Part shown: positions 14,401 to 20,000 of the stretch, one piece after another
Position numbering within the stretch: position 1 is the stretch's first letter
Layout of the letters: every line of letters starts with the position of its first letter
IMG/VR virus record: IMGVR_UViG_3300020042_006808
DNA from: an uncultured virus (IMG/VR IMGVR_UViG_3300020042_006808)
Taxonomy: Duplodnaviria > Heunggongvirae > Uroviricota > Caudoviricetes > Crassvirales
Length of the DNA stretch: 20,000 bases
Direction: 5' to 3' (one strand)
Made by a program: the position numbers and the translations under genes
Notes under the pieces: generated by a model
Seen by the model: the letters and a program-made list of their open reading frames with translations, nothing else
The model's database searches: none
What the model was told of the DNA's origin: nothing

Positions 14401-17400
14401 GAGCAAACTGTCTTTCTTCTACAGATGGAAGCTCATTAATACCTTTTATCTCAGCAGCTTTAATGCCTTTGATTGCTTCTTCTTTCTTCTCCTTTATTTC
14501 TTCCTCAGATAGCTTTTGTTTTTCATCCTGAGGGACAATCTCTTTCTTATACTTTCGCATAAGGTCAGCATCTTCCTCAGTTATTTCTCCCTCCTTAACC
14601 ATCTTTTTTATGGTAGCAGCATAATCTAACTCACCTTCAACAAAAACTTTATTGTCTGAATTTTCTAAGATATCAGCTAATTCATAAGCCTTTGATTGCT
14701 CTTCATCTACTGCTCGAAGGATAGCTTCAGTATCACTTTTGACCACATCATATTGCTCTAGCTTTAGCACCTGCTGATTAGCACCAAGCATCTCAACTAG
14801 CTCAGCATACCTTTCTAGGTATGAATCAGGTATTAGCGATGGATTAATTGACAGCAACTTATTTAAAGACCCACGCAACGTAGTAGCAATACCAATCTTA
14901 GATGCTATATTTTTCTTAGCCTTAGTTATCTTTCCCTTTAATCCATCAATTGTATCACGATATTCAGCGTCTGCAAATACCTTGGCCATGTAGTCAATAA
15001 AGTCTTTTACTGACTGCTCATTGAACGCATTTAGTTTAGCCAATCTAGTTGTAACACTAGTCACTTGTCTCGCTGTAAGCTTTCCTGATGCGTCTAATGC
15101 TTTAATCTCTTTTGCTAGGTCAGATGTTATTTTTCTCCACGCTTTTATCGCATCCTTTGCTCCTTCGGCTAAGTCTTTTATTCTTTTGTTCAGTACCTCC
15201 TTTTCAGTCATGGTTATCTTAGTGATATCATTAATGATACCAATAAGTCTACCTGCTCTTGGGGCTGACTTCTCTTTAACACCGCCCATCTTACGAACTT
15301 CACGTACTAACTTTTCCTTTTGTACGTCAGTAGCATCTATATATGTTTTTGAGTTCTTTAGCTTGCTTATGACCTCAGCCAGTGGCATTCCTTTTACAAT
15401 TAGATTCTCTAGTTTTTTCATTAAAGAATCATAACCACTAATAGTTTCTTCAGATAATGTTATTCTTCCTGCGGCAGGGATATCTATTCCCATTGCCTTG
15501 TTAATATCAGCTTCGGAAATACCTTTTCCTTGAAGGAATAATCTTATTACATCCTCAGAAAATCCCTGAGCTCTTGCTTGTTGTACTACCTTCTTTGCCT
15601 TACTATTAGTATCAAGTTGAGCCTTACCTTTAAATTCATTCTTAATCTCATTCAAATCCTGTTCAAGCATCAAAGAATAATTATCAAATAATACTTGGTC
15701 TTCTCTTCTTACATCTTCTGTTTCAAAGAGTAATGTTCTTTTTCTCTGCTCAGGAGTTAATGCATTTCTTACCTCAACATTTCTAGCTTCAACTTCCCCT
15801 GCTGCTCTTAAGTAAAGATTAAAATTAGAATCAGAAATTAGGTCTAAATTTTTTCCATAAAGCTTTTTAATATATTCTCTTTTATTATTTACTTCTTTTG
15901 AAGTACCTAAATCTTTTATTAATTTATAGTTTCCATATGCTAGTTTATAAGCTTCACGTGCTTTTTTTACTGCCTCTTTATTGACAAAAAACTTTTCTTC
16001 TAATTCTTTTAGTATATCCCTTGTCTTATTAACATCATACTTGATTACATTAATAATTGAATCAAACATTTTGCCTGATGTTGCTGGGTTTTGACCTCCT
16101 TCAAAAATTTCTACCGTCTGAATGTAATGTTGTATTTCATGTAGTGTAGTAAGGGTAGCTGCTTCAATATTTGTATTATAATAGTTTTTATTTATTAAAA
16201 TTTTATTTTCACTAGGTGTAAATCCGCCAAAGTTATTTGCTCCTAAATCTTTAAATACTACTTTTATATTTTTTGCTTCAGGATATGCCGCATATAAATC
16301 GGGTGCAGAAAATATATCCCCCAAGATAGCTACTCTAGATTCAGCATCATTATTTTGAATATCTAATTCCTTTTTTAAATCATTAAGGTCAATATCCTTG
16401 AACTTACCATCAGGAATTTCATATCTCCACTTTTTATCCTTGCCTTTCTCCCAACCTGTAGAGAATCTAATATCTCTAGGAGTCATATTAATCGTCTCCA
16501 TAGCCTCCGCTAAGTTTAAATTAAACTTAACTCTAGCAGAAAGATTAGCATTTTTACCAATTAACTGAGCCTTTCCTTTTATTCTTGGCTCAAGTTCTCT
16601 AATTACACCTGTCTCTGCTGCAATAACTTTAGTTTGCATTGGTTTGGTTTTTTCTTCTCTACCGCCAATTACATCCTTATACTTTTCTTTTATAGCCTCA
16701 GGCATGATATCCCAAGAATTAATCTTCTTATCAGGAACACCAACTACTTCACCAGTAATAGCAAACTCATAGGTAGAATGAGGGGCTTTGCCTGACACTC
16801 CCGTTGGTCTGCCAACAAGCATGATATCATTCTGATTGAAACTATTTTGTCTGTAGAACCCATCTCTTAATTCATTGTAGTCAATGAATGCATTGAATGA
16901 ACCCAGTAACTCTTTTAATGAGCCCGTAGGTGCAGTCTTCAATGCTCCAATCTCACCTATTGATATTAGGAAAGGTTTTCTTTTAGGGCTATCAGCCAAC
17001 TCTTTAAATGAATTTACTTCATTCAATGCGTCCTTGATAGTTCTTAGCTCTACCGTTTCTTTTTCAAAGTTGTTGATTGCTTCTTTAAACTTATTAAAGT
17101 CTGAGGTCTTATTGATTCTCTCAGCCAATAAGTCCAATACCCTCTTATTAAATAGCTTTGCCTTTTCAGGAGAACCGCTAATAAAGAATATGTAATCAGC
17201 CTGATTAATTTGATTTGTCAAAGTCTTCTCAGGAAGACCACTCGCCCAAAGGATTCCCTTGCTTCGGTTAGCCGGGTCTAGAGCAAAGCTTGGCCCTGCG
17301 TCTAGGTAATGAGTGTCTCCAACTACTTCATCAAAGTAATTCCCTCTACCCAATTGGTCTGCCATCCAAAACCAAATCTTTTGTTTCTTAGCAACAATAT

Positions 17401-19999
17401 CATCGATTAAAGCATTGATATCAATCTTGTCTGCTTCAGTTACAAATGATAATGGCAATGGAGTATTGGTAAAATTCAAAGAAGATTTACCTCTAATTGT
17501 TCCACTAATTGTAGTTGGGTTTCCTACAGGGACAGATAGGCCCTCTTGAATTGCTGTAATATCGTTAGGATTTATTCCTTCTCCCTTACGAATAGACTCC
17601 GATATATTTTTGAAAAATTCAAAAGCCTGTCTGTTATCTATTGCGCCTTGAAATGGAATAAATGCTCCATTAGTAAGTTTAGATACAAGCTCATTAATTA
17701 TTTCTGCAATCTTTTGATATGTACTTACAGCTAAGTTACCTTCTTGTTCTACTAAAGTAGCAGTTAATTCAGCAAGATACTCTTCATATGAATCAACCTC
17801 AGAATATTGGTTTGCAAACTGCGAAAGTATAGAGTTCTGACTTTGATTTAATACAGATGTAATCCTATTTTTAAACGTCTTAAATGTTTCAGGATTTTCA
17901 CCAAATGCTTTTAACATAACTCCGTGCGCAACTTCATGCGCCAAAGTTCTATTGTTAGCCTTATTTAAATTGATATCAATCCTGCCTACATAATTACCAT
18001 CAGGTTTTTGCAAATAAGTAAAGTACCCTGCTGAATCAAGTTTACCATTAAGGCCACGCATTGCCTCAGCATAACTGTTATCATCATCATGTAATATGAT
18101 ATCAAATTCAGGCAGAATAGACTTTAGAGTATTTAATGTTTTTTGAGCAAAGTCAACAATTGACTTCTTCTTATTATCTGTTAATTTATTTTTTAATGAT
18201 TCAAGTTGAATAGGGTCACTAACTAAAACTCCCTGAGATTTAGGAGCCTCTTGTTGTAACTCAGGTTGAGCTCTCTCATCTTCAGCAAACATCTGCTCCA
18301 TACTAGCCATCTGCTGTTCTTGAGTCAGAGGTTGAGCAGTAACTTGAGGAATTGTAATAGGAGTAGGATTTCTATACATAGAATCACGTATTGTGAAATC
18401 TTTGTTTTTTCCTTTGTTCTCAACAAATCCAAGTGACTTATAAAATTCAACTAATCTTTTTACAGAAGAACCTCCAAAAGATGTAGAAGGTGTTAGTATC
18501 AACTTCTTTCCTGCTCTATCTGCAAATTCAACAATCTCTTCCATGACCTTGGTACCAACACCCTTTTTCCTTTGGTCTTTAGGTACAACTATCTTAGGAA
18601 CAGATATTGAATTATCAGTTTCATTATCCTGAAGCTCTAGCTCTACTCCATATTTAGCGCTTAACTCATCAGCAAAAACTGATGTTGTTTTTGTTTCAGG
18701 TATTTTTGTAGTTACTTCTTCTTGGACACCTTCTTGGGCAGTGACTTGAGGTTCTGCTTGAGGTACTCCTTGCTCCACTTCTTGGCCAACTGTGGTTGTT
18801 GGCTGAACAGGTACTTGACCTGCTGCTTGCTCTTGAACGGCATCTTGTTCTTCTTTTAAGTCCTGTAATTGTTTTTCAATTCTTTGTCTCTCTTCCGTTG
18901 GTAGTTTAGTAGATAAATCAAGCTCTATCGCAGTATCGTCCTCTTCAACCGCATTAGTTAACTCAGCTATCTTAGCTCTTCTTTGAGCTGCTGCTTCATT
19001 TGTTTCTGATTCAATCCTCTGAACGTCTCCTTGTTCAGATATCTTTACAAGCTCATCATTAATTTCTGATATTCTATTCTTCTGACGAGACACCAATGCT
19101 GCGTCTTTACCATCAATGAATTGTTCTAAATCTTTTCTCTCCTTCAAAAGGTTCATCGCCTCCTTCTTTTGCTGAAGAGTTAACCCATCAGGGATTTGAC
19201 GATACACCCCAACCGCTGTACGGTAGTTCTGTAGTTCTTCCTTGGCGTCAGATGGGGATATCTTTCCACTAGCAATTTTTTCTTTAAGGCTAATTATATA
19301 TGCGCTCTGTAAACTGCCATCGTTGGCCATGTTTTCAAAAGTCTCAAAAGTGGAATCATCCATCTTGAGAAATCCCTTCTTGCTATATGCAGCTCCAACA
19401 GCATTAGGCACCCCTAATACGAAACCACCAACAGCCTCCTGAGCTCCTGCTATAGCTACATTCTTAACAAATTCATTTATAGTTTTTGGGTTTTTAAAAT
19501 ATTCATCCCCCTTAATCATGTTGTAAACGGCTTTAAATCCCGTCTCTGAAATTTCTTGAGCAGCGCCTGTCTCTGCTTCAGCAAGTCCTGCTGCAGTTAT
19601 AACTAATGCGCCTTTAGCAATTCTACTTTTTACTTCATTCTCTGCTAATTCTCTAAGTGATGTGTAACTAGCTCCTTTACCTGCTTTACCTAAGACAGAC
19701 ATAGTTATGCTAGTTACTATACCCTTACTTTTCAACACGTTTCTAAGCCCATAAGCCTCTAGAACAGATGATACTAATCCAATAGGAGCAATGATTGCAG
19801 CTTTTTCACTTTCAGATATATTAGCAAAGGCAGGGTCATTCTCCATTTCTACCATTAATCCATCTGAAACTTGAGCATACATTTGAGATGTTCTTTGAAC
19901 CCAACCCATAGGATTGCTTCTTCCTATCATAGCAGGAAGAGACTGTGCTAATCCTAATATAGCACCCCCCCAAAAACCTTCTTTTGTTAATTGCTGCCA
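11417..19999 (-). CDS. Giant polyvalent (probably virion-ejected) protein, 5' partial: GNAT + two zincin HExxH domains + LPD23-like region + unknown domains
   Basis: The frame stays open past the track's ATG to the window edge (WQQLTKEGFWGGAILGLAQSLPA-M), so it is at least 2860 aa. GNAT QRKKGVGT...FYKSLGF; HEVAH...EEYLAE; TGWEKGKDKKWRYEIPD...LYAAYP...HEIQH...GEVEARNV. Confidence 0.85.
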   Translation of the reverse strand, partial: WQQLTKEGFWGGAILGLAQSLPAMIGRSNPMGWVQRTSQMYAQVSDGLMVEMENDPAFANISESEKAAIIAPIGLVSSVLEAYGLRNVLKSKGIVTSITMSVLGKAGKGASYTSLRELAENEVKSRIAKGALVITAAGLAEAETGAAQEISETGFKAVYNMIKGDEYFKNPKTINEFVKNVAIAGAQEAVGGFVLGVPNAVGAAYSKKGFLKMDDSTFETFENMANDGSLQSAYIISLKEKIASGKISPSDAKEELQNYRTAVGVYRQIPDGLTLQQKKEAMNLLKERKDLEQFIDGKDAALVSRQKNRISEINDELVKISEQGDVQRIESETNEAAAQRRAKIAELTNAVEEDDTAIELDLSTKLPTEERQRIEKQLQDLKEEQDAVQEQAAGQVPVQPTTTVGQEVEQGVPQAEPQVTAQEGVQEEVTTKIPETKTTSVFADELSAKYGVELELQDNETDNSISVPKIVVPKDQRKKGVGTKVMEEIVEFADRAGKKLILTPSTSFGGSSVKRLVEFYKSLGFVENKGKNKDFTIRDSMYRNPTPITIPQVTAQPLTQEQQMASMEQMFAEDERAQPELQQEAPKSQGVLVSDPIQLESLKNKLTDNKKKSIVDFAQKTLNTLKSILPEFDIILHDDDNSYAEAMRGLNGKLDSAGYFTYLQKPDGNYVGRIDINLNKANNRTLAHEVAHGVMLKAFGENPETFKTFKNRITSVLNQSQNSILSQFANQYSEVDSYEEYLAELTATLVEQEGNLAVSTYQKIAEIINELVSKLTNGAFIPFQGAIDNRQAFEFFKNISESIRKGEGINPNDITAIQEGLSVPVGNPTTISGTIRGKSSLNFTNTPLPLSFVTEADKIDINALIDDIVAKKQKIWFWMADQLGRGNYFDEVVGDTHYLDAGPSFALDPANRSKGILWASGLPEKTLTNQINQADYIFFISGSPEKAKLFNKRVLDLLAERINKTSDFNKFKEAINNFEKETVELRTIKDALNEVNSFKELADSPKRKPFLISIGEIGALKTAPTGSLKELLGSFNAFIDYNELRDGFYRQNSFNQNDIMLVGRPTGVSGKAPHSTYEFAITGEVVGVPDKKINSWDIMPEAIKEKYKDVIGGREEKTKPMQTKVIAAETGVIRELEPRIKGKAQLIGKNANLSARVKFNLNLAEAMETINMTPRDIRFSTGWEKGKDKKWRYEIPDGKFKDIDLNDLKKELDIQNNDAESRVAILGDIFSAPDLYAAYPEAKNIKVVFKDLGANNFGGFTPSENKILINKNYYNTNIEAATLTTLHEIQHYIQTVEIFEGGQNPATSGKMFDSIINVIKYDVNKTRDILKELEEKFFVNKEAVKKAREAYKLAYGNYKLIKDLGTSKEVNNKREYIKKLYGKNLDLISDSNFNLYLRAAGEVEARNVEVRNALTPEQRKRTLLFETEDVRREDQVLFDNYSLMLEQDLNEIKNEFKGKAQLDTNSKAKKVVQQARAQGFSEDVIRLFLQGKGISEADINKAMGIDIPAAGRITLSEETISGYDSLMKKLENLIVKGMPLAEVISKLKNSKTYIDATDVQKEKLVREVRKMGGVKEKSAPRAGRLIGIINDITKITMTEKEVLNKRIKDLAEGAKDAIKAWRKITSDLAKEIKALDASGKLTARQVTSVTTRLAKLNAFNEQSVKDFIDYMAKVFADAEYRDTIDGLKGKITKAKKNIASKIGIATTLRGSLNKLLSINPSLIPDSYLERYAELVEMLGANQQVLKLEQYDVVKSDTEAILRAVDEEQSKAYELADILENSDNKVFVEGELDYAATIKKMVKEGEITEEDADLMRKYKKEIVPQDEKQKLSEEEIKEKKEEAIKGIKAAEIKGINELPSVEERQFAQKFAELLKNVSAENLMKLGLNDLRNLLKVINNINNNYLPSYAYQVSLKIDGIRDEAVLDDSSSKATPPIISNAIGKIKNLFTNEGALLEAIKRIPLFNIDQALGNFKGKDVFNALLLKTAQAEAKYKAELKRINSILNKAEQKLAQSFSFNQESISLSKMKMMTYMRQLEYESNQSNEQVNPAIEYLDKTIEHIKKEKAKIYGKIELENLKYIRAMFQRDGQISIEKLYDSFNQAEKDAINDIRKINESLRSKAEFTSNIIRGQVFDGLDNYLHLIVLGDDKNADIQSATDITNAANANMNPSTKAKSLEKRTKGAKPINFDIFSSASRGAKYVLLDYNLTGPIKTARIALNQLEKTLDERKNVTKLQRQVTNALRKAYNEAVDNLLINNIMDNTATDEFVNYISRMGYRSVLAGTGRFAAELTSNISFAILAEPQSFFKGTTYANIIMSPLGPLVLENISSTQTNRIFPEDSLSGNFMDTSAMRQRVGGGSRVKSPIVNRIQQLWNLGGKKYTNAVEVLADNMISTPDKVVMRALWFGSFANEFKKASGKDVDFKLIGENNEAYLKENKDAIDKARATADQTSVQAGATDNSFMGILKGVSRPNQTPMTKAYNNFNNYMTRFLIFEFMSARTGIHAMVGDGPMSRTKGAMLLAAVATRMTVYSMLSRALADGIIGLAAPLFGIEDEEEEEEKSFLQSVGQAITGTVGSLFFGRDFGNTVKMVTNLGLEYFNEEYLEFLREGEYDQYEDAIAYSIIPRSKEDKSTLDDFLFRLGGSFGPALQTGKLVGENLLSGSIQAVLSGGTTKKEADAIEREKRVVTQRIPLEILGNLSFIPLYKDIRRAVNKSIYADLKNAKVKTKATEAAESPASLMEKRENLEDLRAVKDITIDEEQLKVIRRKIIQINGTDEQKDSVTNYNKRKEEQKKILLYDSDNEVRYDNETEMERYNKSLYIKRFGRGSEWDEKYKAEDAVRKKLTRITRQREDKEYGYKKKN
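15614..16579 (-). repeat. Pair of KGKAQL-encoding linker repeats bounding the LPD23/zincin module
   Basis: KGKAQL is encoded at 16562-16579 and 15614-15631, and a related RGKSSL at 17477-17494. Confidence 0.6.
18332..18751 (-). repeat. 18-nt imperfect direct repeats (PQVTAQ) flanking the GNAT domain
   Basis: TTGAGCAGTAACTTGAGG (18332-18349) versus TTGGGCAGTGACTTGAGG (18734-18751), 16/18 identical. Confidence 0.65.
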
Positions 20000-20000
20000 T

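Noticed and set aside
11865..19442. Plus-strand ORFs inside the giant gene
   Set aside because: Antisense shadow ORFs with S/F/L-rich composition typical of reverse-frame translation.
19928..19930. ATG at 19930 as the start of the giant gene
   Set aside because: The frame is open to the window edge and the upstream context looks coding, so the true start probably lies outside the window.
1..20000. Stop-codon reassignment (as in some crAss-like phages)
   Set aside because: Coding density is high under code 11. TAG (437, 1215, 1562, 10857), TGA and TAA all end genes at sensible boundaries.

Overview
Segment of a tailed dsDNA phage genome, most likely infecting a Bacteroidota host (A-rich, Shine-Dalgarno-less starts; TAnnTTnG-type promoter; VirE_N/BT4734-like primase). 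Standard genetic code. The + strand (1-11420) is an early/replication arm: promoter and structured leader with a type III hammerhead-like ribozyme, small hypothetical genes, two DnaA domain IV-like proteins, a Sak/DUF1071 annealing protein plus PD-(D/E)XK exonuclease, an aberrant tRNA-Leu-like RNA, an AT-rich ParB-like gene, an SSB preceded by a T4 gene 32-like pseudoknot, a terminator and probable origin, a primase-helicase, an SF2 helicase, VRR-NUC and other PD-(D/E)XK proteins. The - strand (11417 to the window end) is one 5'-truncated giant (>2860 aa) polyvalent, probably virion-ejected protein with a GNAT domain, two HExxH zincin domains, an LPD23-like region and an unknown domain, delimited by repeated linker motifs. 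I found no GATC site in 20 kb. All calls come from reading motifs by eye; no searches were run.
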